In this document: positions 11,390-24,406 of the stretch, piece after piece
Layout of the letters: each line of letters begins with the position of its first letter
Numbering within the stretch: the first letter of the stretch is position 1
Position numbers and translations under genes: made by a program
Source: Bispira polyomma
Lineage: Eukaryota
Length of the DNA stretch: 64,000 bases
Assembly: GCA_965649765.1 (NCBI GenBank)
Contig: OZ287749.1
Location: 49,042,001-49,106,000 of the forward strand
Reading direction: 5' to 3'
The notes under the pieces: generated by a model
The model's database searches: none
What the model saw: the letters and a program-made list of their open reading frames with translations, nothing else
What the model was told of the DNA's origin: nothing

Positions 11390-13734
11390 TGTTTTCTTTG
11401 ATTAACTGGTCATGTTAATGTCTGGATTCTTAATATAACCATTAGAAGAATTAAGAACAAAATTAAGAAAACAATTACCTGATGATTTAGACATATTTGG
11501 TTCAAAGGAAATTTATTGTACTACATTGAACTCATTTCCTGAAAAAAAAAATATATTAAGTACATCAAACTTATGTTTTAAGTCTTATTTTTAGGATGAT
11601 ATAATCACACGAAGAGTAATAACTGTAATCCATTTTTTGGGGGATTATACTTCTTTTTGAATACTTCTATGGGTGTGCCTTGGGTACTGTTTACCCGAAT
11701 AGTAGGTTCAATAGAAAGGAATACATTACATTCCAAGACATTATTTTGCGTGTCTGTAGTGATTACAATTGATGAAAACTTTCTTCCAATAAATCTTGCC
11801 TCATTCAACAGATGTTGATTCTGAAACGTCGACTTTTCGCCTTTGAATTATTAATTTGCCCACCATATGGCATTGGTGGTACCTCTATAATAAGCAAAAT
11901 GAATTATTTTTACTAATGGGTCATTTTTACTGTGTGAAGGCTTGAAATTATCTTGCAACTGGGTACACATAGCATTGGCATTTAGATTTTTCAACAATTA
12001 TAGGCTTATGCAATGTGTATATGTTTTACCAGAAATAGCTAAATATCTTCTAATATGTTGGTACTCAAATTAGGCTAAATGGAAATGAAAAGACCTTGAA
12101 TACACAACTACAGGTCTTGTAACCTGTGCAACGTGTGGTTCATTTGGATTGATCCACTATCCTGCTCTAATTTCCTCTGCCAGTGAAATGGCTGTTGTGA
12201 TATAGACACAAGACCTGTTGAAAGCACTGTCAAATCCACAGTCTAAAATATCAAGGTCAGTAATGAACCAGAAGGCAGTAAAGAACAAGAGAAATGCGAA
12301 GCATCTAAATTTATTATTATCATGAATAATTTAAAAAACCATATCATTTTTATGCTTGTATAACTTTACAAAAAAATAGTAGCCACTGCTGTAACTTGTA
12401 TTAGATATTTAGTTACCGTCGTTACAGTTGCACAGTTCATGAAACAGAGTGAAACAACGTATCTCCCCTACTGCTCCCTTCCAGTTTGGAGACTTATTCT
12501 TCAGTCAGATCAATCCAGATCTGTCCACTCACTAAAGAAGGCTGAAGATGCAAAGCATCTAATTTTGTTATTATCATAATAGTTGTATTTATAATATCAT
12601 ACAATAATGTTTTATAATGATAATAATATCTAACTATACTATCACCTAAAAAAACAGACACCTAATTTAACATTGAGAATCTAAAAGGACATAAAAGAAA
12701 ATTAGACGCATAAAGCAAGTACAAATAAGTACCTGACACAGTCACTAGATTTAAGATACTAAAATCATTATAAAAGCTAACATATATTAAACAAATAAAT
12801 TTACTAAACATGCATACAACGTACTATTACAGCACGTTAGGCAGTACTATGACTTTGTTAAAGGTCCATAACATTAACAGGCATATTGTTACAACATTAA
12901 AGCAATAGTTGTAGTACTACGTACATGTTTTACTACCATAGAACATTTCAAATTGTAATATGACCTTGGCTATCTATGTAGGTCAAACCGTGACACCAAA
13001 GGACGGAATAGATTTAGTACATACTATAATCTATATTCCATAATAGACTGGAGTCAATTAGCACAAGCGTGCCTGTGTGTTAATAACTAGACTATATGAC
13101 ATTAATACTATTACTAAGTGACTCTTACCATTTAACACTATCGAACATATAATGCAGAGCCGACCCTTCCAGTAAAACAAATTGCATTCAGTGCTGGTGG
13201 TAGAACCCCAGACCTATGGCACCAATCCCAATTTCTATGACACCAAGTAACCTAGCAGAGGGAGGTCCAGCCACTCAGAGTTCTAGACCACCTTGGCATC
13301 CCTAAAGGGAGATGATAATAGGGGGAGGATAAGGAGACAGGACCAGCCCTCCACACGGTCCAGGGTTCGAACACTCAGCACATGAATACAATTGGTAGCA
13401 TTATTTTCCTACTTTATTTAAGACAACCTTATTATTACTGTTTTACCTTAATTTAAGTGCTTTAGTTACCAATATATATATGTATATATATATATATTAC
13501 ATATGAAGTTATTCAAGGCATTATTTGCATGTTCGGCTGATTGTGTAAACTTATGTTGTGAGACATCAATCATATATAAATCTTTTATTGCACATGTATT
13601 GGGCAAAAGACTTTAATAGTAATCTTCAACAAGCATTACAACACACTCACTTTTTTATTGAGGCATGAGGAATTATAGACGTCATACTTAAAACTCTAAT
13701 TCAACAATATCTGACTCTCCCAAACAACTCCAAT

Positions 13735-13950
13735 GATTGATTGATTGATTGATTATGGTAAGACGTCACTTTTAACATATTGTATAGGTCATATCCTGAC
13801 AGGCAGGTTTACTGGTGGGGGAAACCAGTTCATACTAGTTAGTCAAAATTCTGCACAGTAAATCACCCATCATCGGCAAGTAGCTGCCACATAAAGCCCG
13901 GGCCGAGATTAAAACCCATGACCTCAGAGGTGGGAGGAGATTTTGTTAAC
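13735..13950 (-). mobile_element. tRNA-derived SINE with (ATCA)n tail; truncated duplicate at ~22758-22885
   Basis: ttga repeats followed by tttactggtgggggaaaccag...acccatgacctcagaggtgggagg, the reverse of a B-box-containing head. Confidence 0.6.
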
Positions 13951-14865
13951 CGACAACTCTAACGATACAATTGATTAGTAGAGGTGTTTTAAGTTTGTCT
14001 TAAATATGTGTCATATCTCCAGTTCATAACAATAAATTAATGATATTCCTCGAATATAGTGTTATATCAAGATTTCTAGTGTAATAAGCTAATAATATTT
14101 CCTTTATATCATATGATTATCATGCTTTCACATTTATATTCTATCTTATAATGGGTTTTGGGCAGCCGAAACAATTCGCTGGTGTTCCCTCAAGATAGTA
14201 ACATAATTAAGCATATGCCTAAAGTGACTTTCAGGATTCAATTTCATAGGCTGGTTTCCTTTGCTATTTTGTATGTTTTCATAGTCATATCATATTATGT
14301 TTATTAAAGCTGCGGCGATTAGTTGATGCATTAATCTCCTGTGGCATAAAAAGTAGTGTATCAAGTCCAGGCTTGCGATTTGAACATGTATATATTACTC
14401 CCTAATGGACGAATTTTAGTGTGCAAAAAACCACATCGTCGCCTAGGAAAAATATTAATAATAGATACGTAAAAATGTAACTTTATGTTCATTTTACACG
14501 TAAATTTTAGGTTATATTGTAGGAAAACAAAAAAAAAACAAACAGTAAAATTTAGGTAAGTATCAGCCCTTTCTTGGTTGGAATCGGTTTTTTGATGCAT
14601 CAAGTAATGCATCTAGTCTGAATGGGTGATGATCGGTCATTGTTTTGATACAATCTATAATCACAACGTTTACAAAATTATCAAAAGAGTTGGATTTTAT
14701 CCATGCATTATTCCGAGGTATCACTGTATACTTTTCAGGTGCCCAAAAAATGCCTGCAATGAAAATGTTTGAGTTGTTTTTCAGTTATTATATGTACTAC
14801 TGTTTTAGTTGCACACCGATAATGAAGATTCTAATTTATTTCAAAAATAAACCATTTATTAAAGA

Positions 14866-17800
14866 CTATATATGATTCTTAACAAAGTCTAAATTGCTAT
14901 AAAATGTCATATTCAGCCTGTCCACACCTTTAATGTCAAGTATGGTATTATTGAAGACATATTCTTCCAAGCAGTCATAGGCCAGGGGATGATAGTCTTT
15001 GTGAAACTTATTCACAAACAATCTGTTAGAATTCACAACCGCCTTCAAGTCTCCCAGAGCAATGATACAAATGAACTTTTCAAAATATCCATGACATCTG
15101 TACTGCTCATACTTTTTACTGGTATCTATCCAGATCTTGTATCGTATGACAGATATGCCTCTCACAGGATCATGTCTGATGTTTGGTATACCTGCAGCAA
15201 TAAATAATAATAAGAACAATGAAACGTCTTATGATATGGTTGCAAACATAAGGTATAGCTACATCATTTAATGCACTATTAACCATGTGTTGATTGCAGT
15301 TTATACATCTACCTTCATCTGGTATTCAGAGCACTAATTAACCCTTTCCTAAATGTAACAGTCAACTTAATCAGTTACTGTCATTCCACTAATGGAAGAG
15401 AGAGGCTTGAGGATGACCATTTTTAATGTCCCCAATGATCTTAACCCTTCCACTGGAGGTAGGACCTAATCATAGAAGACTGCCATTTTAAGTGGTCATC
15501 CAAACCACTAGGTAATTGCGTGCACACATCTTGCCTAACGATGTAATCCTACCAATGAAAGTGGTGGTCGATACCTTCTGATCATTAGACCAACTCCCTA
15601 ACCACTAGGCCATGGGAGGCGCTTCATCATTGTGATCCTACGCCTTCAGTGGTGGTACATTCCCCCTATATCCTAGCTTTATCCTGTGTTATTCCTCCTT
15701 TCACTAACCTGTGTAAGCCCCTGGAGCACCAAGCTGAGGGGTAAAGTGAAGAGGCTGAAACATTTGTTCATCAGCAAAAGGTATGTCTTTGATATACTCA
15801 ATTAAATCTTGGGCCACTTGACTGTGTAATAAGAACTCCACAAACTTCCTTGTTACTGCCACATGGACAGAACCTATGACAATAGTAATAATATTTAGAC
15901 AATCTACTGTAAGTGCCTCAAACAAATTATGAATTAGGAAACTGTGTTAATAGCTGTGTATTGACAGCAATGAATCAATGATTTCATTTCAAAACAAATT
16001 GTTTTACAATATATTAAACACAAAGATTTAGGTTTAATGCTAAAATGAATACTCAATAAAGTGTTGTAGCTCTAATGTGTGACCTTCAATTAGACCCTAT
16101 GCCTTGTAAGAATACTAACTAACATTATTATTATTATTATAGATTTTTAACGTGCTTTATTGATGCTAGGCATCTTCTAAAGCGCAACAGCAGAATCATT
16201 AGTCCAATCATTAAGTCCATGGAAATTGCAAAGTCGTAAGGAAGGAAGTGGGAGCGTGCACGAGGAAAGCTAAAGTGGGTAGGCAAGATTAAAAAGATAG
16301 GTTTTAAGCTTTTTCCTAAAACCGATAAGTGTGTCAACTGATCTGAGGTCAACTGGGAGACTGTTCCATAACCGTGGAGCTGCAGTGGAGAACGCTCTGA
16401 AACCCACCTTTCTGATTGGTCTAACCGAAGTGACGAAGAGTCTGTTGCCTCTCTTGCGGTTACTGAAGGAAAGAAGGGAGGCAAGGTAGGGTGGCTGTTG
16501 AGTGACTACAGCTTTAAAAGTGGTAACGTGAATCTTAAACAAAATTTGAGATTTAATGGGCAGCCCGTGTAATTTTTTGAGGTAAGGAGTGACGTCTGTG
16601 CGACCACCCAGGCGAAAAATGATCCTACACAGGTAGTTTTGGATGGACTGGAGCTTTTTAATGTGTGACTTGTTTGCTCCATACAAGAGAGAATTGCAGT
16701 AGTCGAGGCGGCTACTCACAAGGTCATTTGCCACAGTTATCGCTGTGTCCATGGACAAGTGGTTTCTGATTCTTTTGATGTTGCGTATGTGGTAATAGCA
16801 GGAGCGACAGATGTTGGCAATATGAGTATCGAACGAAAAAGCTGAATCAAAAGTGACACCCAGGTTTTTAGCATTTTTGGAAGGTAGTATTTCTTTTCCC
16901 AGCAGGGAGATGGGAAACAAAGATTTTAGGAGGTCACTGTTTTTCTTGTTTCCTATGAGGATGAATTCAGTTTTGTCAGGGTTAAGGTTTAGTTTGGAGT
17001 AGTTCATCCACGCCTGGACATCAGACAGACAGTTTGCAAGTAGGTCTATGTTAGTATTTGCATTTTGTGGATTGAGGGAGAGATAGACTTGAGTGTCATC
17101 TGCATACATGTGGTTTTATATTGTGTTTATTGATGACAGTGCTGAGAGGATGTGTATAAAGGGTGAAAAGTAGAGGGCCAAGGACGGATCCCTGGGGTAC
17201 TCTATATGGTAGCTTTATGGAAGATGATAGTTGATCATCTAGTTTAATTCTTTGTGCCCTAAGAGTAAGGTAGGATCTGATCCACAGAGCGACAGATGTT
17301 GGCTATATGAGTATCGAACGAAAAAGCTGAATCAAAAGTGACACCCAGGTTTTTAGCATTTTTGGAAGGTAGTATTTCTTTTCCCAGCAGGGAGATGGGA
17401 AACAAAGATTTTAGGAGGTCACTGTTTTTCTTGTTTCCTATGAGGATGAATTCAGTTTTGTCAGGGTTAAGGTTTAGTTTGGAGTAGTTCATCCACGCCT
17501 GGACATCAGACAGACAGTTTGCAAGTAGGTCTATGTTAGTATTTGCATTTTGTGGATTGAGGGAGAGATAGACTTGAGTGTCATCTGCATACATGTGGTT
17601 TTATATTGTGTTTATTGATGACAGTGCTGAGAGGATGTGTATAAAGGGTGAAAAGTAGAGGGCCAAGGACGGATCCCTGGGGTACTCTATATGGTAGCTT
17701 TATGGAAGATGATAGGTGATCATCTAGTTTAATTCTTTGTGCCCTAAGAGTAAGGTAGGATCTGATCCATTTAAGGACACTGCCATTTACACCGAACCAC

Positions 17801-20359
17801 TGCTTGAGAGTGTCGCAGAGCAGGACATGATCAATAGTGTCGAATGCAGCTGAGAGATCCAGAAGGGTGAGGGCCACTGTGTCATTGCGGTCTAGTGCAA
17901 GATTGATATCATTGCTGATGGAAAAAAGGGCACTTTTTGTAGAGTGAAATTTTCTATAAGCAGACTGGTGGCGATTTTCAATGTTTTGTCTATTAAGGTG
18001 GTCAGAAATTTGTTTAGCTACAGCTTTCTCAATAACTTTTGAGACATAGCTGAGGTTTGACACCGGTCTGTAGTTTTTGAGCTGGTTTTTATCAAGCCCT
18101 TGTTTTTTAATCAAGGGAGTTACATTTGCCGTCTTGAAACAGGTGGGAAAAACACCATCTTGAAGAGAAAAATTTAATACATTATTCTTGCATACCTTTT
18201 GCCCAGTTAATATTGTAAGCAAATGGGTGTTTTAGATACTTTTTCCTACTGCTTACGTTAAAGCCATACTTGACTCTGGACAGTACCTTAGGAACACTGA
18301 AAATACACAAGTACTAGCTGAAATTGCTAAACACAAATTCTTAAAGCATCAGATCATGGTTCTGTAAGATTACTAGAATTATGGTGCCACAGGTGCCAGA
18401 GGAATTCAGGGTGTTTCATGAATACATTCCAATGATGCTATGCCTGTTACCTAAAGTATTTACTTTTAATTCACGCAAAATATACATAAACTATGTTATC
18501 GTTGGGACAACTTCAAATCGATAATTATCAGAAAAGTTCATTTGGTTAAAGGCTATTCTATTTTTGCTGTATTAGTGGTAAGAAAAGCAATTCATCAAAA
18601 TTAATTTTAGTGATTGTATTAAAAAAGTTTACAAACAATAACATTGAATAATATCTAACCAATTAAACTTACTATTCATAGCTTCTTCCTTGAATGTCAT
18701 TTGATCCATTGAAAGCCTTCAAAATCCTAACTACTTCCAGGTTTGTTTTGATAGGGAATTCCTGACCACATGTATTTATAAAGTAATGCCAAGGTTCTGG
18801 TCGCTTTAACAGATCGTTCATGCAAATTAGTTCTGTTTCTACCACAGAAAATTTACCCCATGTAACTTTGATTGATCTGGAGGCCAGAAAGACGTTTTCA
18901 AGACACTGGCCAATGTTGTTGAATATCTGTTTAATTAAGACAGTTCCCTTTAAATCAACATGTATGCAGTATAAATTCTGTGGCCGATAAATAGATCTCA
19001 AGAGTCTTTCTGTTTGGGAAGCATCTTTAAACATGACAATGCTGTATGCAATAGGATAGATTTCTTCTTCTTCATTGACTGGGTGTAATAAATACTTCCT
19101 CTCTTTGAGAAAGGCATCACAGTCCCCAGTAAGTTTGAGTAACTTCTTATCTGCTTGGGGATCAGTTGATATATTAGTCTGAACCTGAATAGCTCTGGTT
19201 ATTTCTAGGTCATTGCCCTCAAGAATAGCTGAACAATTTGTTAAAGTTATAATTGGATGGGGTACATCTACAATGGTTGCATACTGTTTTCTTTTGTTAT
19301 CACCTGCTTGATGGTCTGGAAATAAATAATAACCTCTATATTAAAAAAACCTTGTGGTATTAATTTGAAGCCTTATAACATAATTGTAAAATTGGCAGGC
19401 GCTGCTTTGCTGTCGTGGCTCCCGTTTAAATGGGAGAAGTTTCCATAGACTGTTAGAGCATAGGGTGCAATCACTGGTTTGAGAGGTCAACTAAAACTAT
19501 ACCTCTTTTAGACTGGCTTACCCCCTACCTTAGTTTATTCCCTGGTTGAATGATTTTGTGGTAAGCCTTGGCTTCTTTTCCGCATATTTTTTCAGATGAC
19601 GTTGGCCGATTTTATCAGTCATTATTTAATATTAGGAAGTGCTTTCTCTCAGATCAGATCAGATGTAGGCCGACGTCTGTATACCCATCATAATTTATCA
19701 GTCAACAGAGCGAAAAAACGGAAGGACGGTCCCATTTTAGAACAAAAAATATTCTCACACCATTTTACATAGTACATATCGGATAAAAAGTAAGCCCTAC
19801 ATTGGCTGATGTCGGATCAGCTCAGATGTTAATAAATCGGCCGACGACGGGATCGGCTGAAAGGATGTCTAGGCTAACAATACCTTTCATACCTTTTGTC
19901 CGGCCTTGGAACTTCCGTTTTTGGATATGAGCGCCATAGAGTATGTTCTCATCAATTTAGCGCCCTACAAATGCTTCGATTATTAATCATATTAACTAGG
20001 TATTATTTACAAAGATTTATGTGAAGTATGGTATGATGATACATACAAGATAACACAGTTATCCAATGATACTTGATGAACAACCATAAAAATTTGTTAA
20101 CGATTTTAGAATCAATATAAAATATTAACTTTGTGACCTTACCCATATTAAGTGATAACTCCATCACATTGTTATTCACCTCATTAGTATTATATGTTTG
20201 CCGAATTGTAGCCATATCTGTAGATCTGACGAAAATTTTGGTTTTATTGAATGATTGATCTAACATTTTATACATAATGGTCCAGCTTATTAGAAGAAAT
20301 AGGCCAAAAGTGATCCCACAAAACTTTTTCTTAAAACTTATAATAAATAAAGATATCAT
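14866..20359 (-). CDS. GCNT: GT14 core-2/I-branching beta-1,6-N-acetylglucosaminyltransferase (GCNT-like), paralog 1, 483 aa, 5 coding exons
   Basis: Exons 20359-20143, 19315-18673, 18296-18196, 15873-15709 and 15191-14866 (217+643+101+165+326 = 1452 nt), GT-AG and phase-consistent. N-terminal type II TM. Motifs: NCSAILEG, YPIAYSIVMFKD, ERLLRSIYRPQNLYCIHVDLK, ELICM, WHYFINTCGQEFPIKTNLE, KGSVH, catalytic ADE, CHG...ICI...GDL, LFVNKF, AYDCLE. Confidence 0.9.
16130..18178 (-). mobile_element. 5'-truncated L2-group (CR1 superfamily) LINE in intron 3 of GCNT paralog 1, with an internal 485-bp tandem duplication
   Basis: RT motifs NYRPVSNL, LLDLSAAFDTIDH, VPQGSVLGPLLF, YADDTQ, LNPDKTE, SRLDYCNSLL. 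(TAA)n 3' tail; candidate TSD acattatt at 16122-16129 and 18179-18186; absent from paralog 2. Confidence 0.9.
19565..19874. mobile_element. Harbinger-type MITE private to GCNT paralog 1 intron 1
   Basis: TAA on both sides (19562-19564 and 19875-19877), ends GCCTTGG / TCTAGGC, and subterminal IR cgttggccgatttt / aaatcggccgacg. The empty site is at ~27640 in paralog 2. Confidence 0.75.
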
Positions 20360-23300
20360 GATTTATTATTTTACAGTTTTGACAAATTTTTTGGTTTATC
20401 TCCCTTTGTCTTTTATAAACTATGGTAATTCGTCTTTAAAAATCCTTTTATTTGTATTTGGCCAACCATAACATCATTTAATGTTTTGGCTTTCAAACAA
20501 GGTAACATATACCAATTAAGTTATCTTCAGTAATCCACTGCTGCGTCTGTGGGCTTCATATAAGTATGCCTCCTTGTGAAATATCCATGATCCTGAACAA
20601 TAAAGAGTAATTTTCCTTTTTTTTCTTCTTCATATATGGTCCAACATAATTTACTTTGTCATATTTTTTGTTATTATTTGATCAAACCTTAAACAATAAA
20701 TATGATGAAATTGATAATATCATATTTATGTTGAATCTTTTTAAAAAAAATTTTATTTATTTTTTACATTGCAGAGTTTCCAACCAAAAACTGAAGACAA
20801 AAACCATGTATGAATTTATAAGAGTCAAAAGAATCTAAGAGAGTGTATCGGTGAAAAAAGCATCAATCTTATACTTTAAGAAAAGATGGGCTTCAGCAAA
20901 ATGAATGCGCCATATGGCTTTCCCGTCTATCATCAATGATATTAATACTCAACTCGAAGACAGCTGGTTGTTTGTGGTGGAAGACTGTATAAATGGGTAC
21001 ATATTGAAGTGATAGAGATCAAATAACTTCGCTTTGTGAAAGTGCAATGCGAAACTTAAATAGTGTATGGATAACTAGTGTTATTAGTATATTTAAAGTG
21101 CAAGTGTGATATAGTATTTTTAAAAGCAATGTGACTTGTACGACAAAGTACAATTTGATACAGTACATATAGTGAATAGGTGTATCTATATTGCTGTAGA
21201 GTTTTTAAAAAATCAAGAGTTTAACTCAATCCTCCTTCCAAACACTGGACGTTTCGGTCTAAAACTCCTTGGTGTATATAATGTCTTGTATATATTCTAA
21301 TGAATCCTATATAATACATTTTTATATTATTTGTATACTTATATATATATGTTATACGCCTTAGACACAAATGGATCCATCTATAATATTTATATTGTAG
21401 TAAGAATGTTCCAAAGTAAAAATTTGTTCTATAAAACACTACCGTTTACCAAACAACTACTAAAATGTAGAAATGATTTACTAGAAAGAGAAATTTATTG
21501 TAACAAGTGTATTCCTTATTTGACTGGAAAGAGTAATCAACCAATATGTCTAACATAATAGGGAAAAAATTGAGAGTATTGTGGGCAAACTGTCAGGGGC
21601 TTAGGAATAAAGCAAAGCGGCTGATGTACTCAATTATCTCAGTAATATGGAGGCTAACATTTTGTGTCTTTAAGAAACTCTTTGGACTGATAATGCCATA
21701 AGCCATGTTAAGAAAAAACTGGCAAGGTGAAAGCCTACTCTACTGAAAGCTTGCCAATCTATGTAGGTGACACCAACGAATCAGATGAATTTAGTACATA
21801 CTATAATCTATATTCCCTAATAGACTGGAGTCAATTAGCACAGCAAAGTGTGCCTATTAGTTAATAACTATACTATATAACATTAATACTGGTGCTGTTG
21901 TGCCTTAGAGTCCACTTCGTAAATGGGAGATTAAGCACTATAAAAGTCTAATTACAATTACAATACTATTACTAAGTAAATCAAACCATTTAACAAAATT
22001 GAACATATAACAAAGGGCCAATCATTCTAGTAAAACAAAAATATTGCATCTTGTGCCGATGGTAGAACCCCGGACTTATGGCACCAATCCAAATTCCTAT
22101 TACACCAAGTCGCCTAGCAGAGGGAGGTCCAGCCACTCAGAACTCTAGTCCACCTTGGCATCCCAAAGGAAATGCGCATAGGAAAGGAAGAGACAGGACC
22201 AGCCATCCACACGGTTCAGGGTTCGAAAACTCGCCATATGAATACAAGAGGTAACTTTAAGCATTTTCTACTTCATTTTCATTGCATTTTTATTTAAGGC
22301 AACCTTATTTTTACTGTTTAACCTTAATATAAGTGATTTAGTTGCCATGGTTTACTTAAATACATGTTACATTTGTAAATATTGTACTAAAAATAATTAC
22401 GATATATAACAAATGGAGTTATTTGAGGCATCATTTTTTAAAACTTTGTATTAAGGTCAGCTGGTCACTTGGGACTGTAGTTAATTTGGCACAGCTCTTA
22501 GAGCACGCCAAAATATTTAAAATAAAAAATACTCTTAAATCATTAGTTTGCCTGTTTGGCGGATTGTGTTAACTCATGTTGTAGGATACTAATCATATAT
22601 AAATCTTTAATTGCACATGTATTGGGCCAAAAACATTAATAGTAATCTTCAACAAGCAATACAACACAGTCACTTTTGTATTGAGACATAAGGCATTATA
22701 GACGTTATAGTTAAAACTTTGAACCAAGACAATGTCTGGCTCTCCCAAACAACTCCAATGATTGATTGATTGCAGTTTAAAGTCACTTTCAACACATTGT
22801 ACAGGTCATATCATGACAGGCAGGTTTACTGGTGGGGGAAACCAGTTCATACTAGTTAGTCAAGATTGTGCACTGTAAACCACAATGAGCTAGGTTTTTA
22901 GGCGGCCGAGACAATTTGCTGGTGCTCCCTCTAGAAAGTAACATAATTAGGCATATCCCTAAAGTGACTTTCAGGATTCAATTTTGTAGGCTGGTTTTCC
23001 TTGCCATTTTGTATGTTTAATAGTGTCAGCATTAATGAGATGATTTGGTGTAGTGTTTAATGTAAATGTATTTACCAAGTAGTAGGTTTACGTTAGATTT
23101 ATGGTATACAAGGGTTAAAAAGTCATGTCATATAAATGTGTTCGAATTTAGCTTTCTAAAAAAATATGTCAACGAGGTCAATTTATGGAAGTAATATTTA
23201 TGGTTTGTTTATATATTATGTTTATTTTAAAGCTGCAGTGATTAGTTGTTTAGTCCATGCATATTTCACCTGTGGCATATATAGCGGTGTATCGATTCCA

Positions 23301-24406
23301 CTTGATCATATATCTATTACTCCCCATTGGCTGAATATTTGTCGCATAGGAAAAATATAAATAATAAGTTATAAAATATAAAGTTCCTATAAACGTTTGG
23401 CAAAAAAATAAATATATTAAAATGATAATTCTCAGTTATTATTCCAAATAATAGCCTCAGATTTGGATATATGATGCATAAGTATTGGTTCTTTGTAAAT
23501 ATATTTACTTTATTGTTAAAGGATAACATTCCCATTTAACTTTTGTACAATCACCATATTTTGCAAAATAAAAATGCCGAAGATTTATTAATAACCCAGA
23601 AAATACTGAAGGTAAAAATTTACAAAATATGATGAGAAAGCTTATTGTATTGCGATTACTATGCTATTTTTTGCATCAAAATCTCTAGGGAGATATTTAA
23701 TTTTAAATACAGGTACCAATATTTACTTGGTTGTTGACTTCACGTTTGGCATATACAGGTACTTGTCCTTATGTGCCGTATGTAAGACCAGAAGATTGGA
23801 ACTATGACTGCACAATCAGATCTACAAACTGGCTCAAAGATACGCAAGACATGTAAGTTTATCTTCATTTTACACCTAAATTTGTAGTTATATTGTAGGA
23901 AAACAGAAAAAAAACAGTAGAATTTAGGAATGTATCAGCACTTTATTTGGTTGGAATTGTTTTTTCTGTGCATCAAGTGATGCATCGAGTTCAACTGGGC
24001 GATAATCGATGCAGTTCACACACACCGACTCTCAGCTTTAATGTTTATATATGATGACAGTATATCCTTATATTTGGTGCATTCTACTAAATCTTACAGT
24101 ATTTCTGATTTATAATTGCCAAATAATATTAGTGATTAACATTGTATACCAATGAAATTATGGATTACAGCATCTAACCGTTCTGTTTGATAGAATATAT
24201 AATCACAACTTTTACGAAATTGTCAAAAAGGTGGGATTTTATCCATACATTATTCAGATGTATCACTCTATACTTTTTTAGGTGACCAAAAGATGCCTGC
24301 AATGAAAATGTTGGAGTTATTTATCAGTTGTTATATATACTAGTGTTAGTTGCACACAGATAAAGAAGATTCTAATTTATTTCAAAAATAAAACATTTAT
24401 TAAAGA

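Larger units (their letters stand above)
12970..20955. repeat. Tandem segmental duplication, unit 1 (carries GCNT-like paralog 1)
   Basis: Colinear similarity with 21756-28755, from atctatgtagg...tttagtacatactataatctatattcc to catcaa....attaatact.aactc. Confidence 0.85.

Noticed and set aside
17581-18222. GCNT-RT fusion ORF
   Set aside because: It starts at a non-ATG codon, out of frame within GCNT exon 3, and runs by chance into the truncated LINE.
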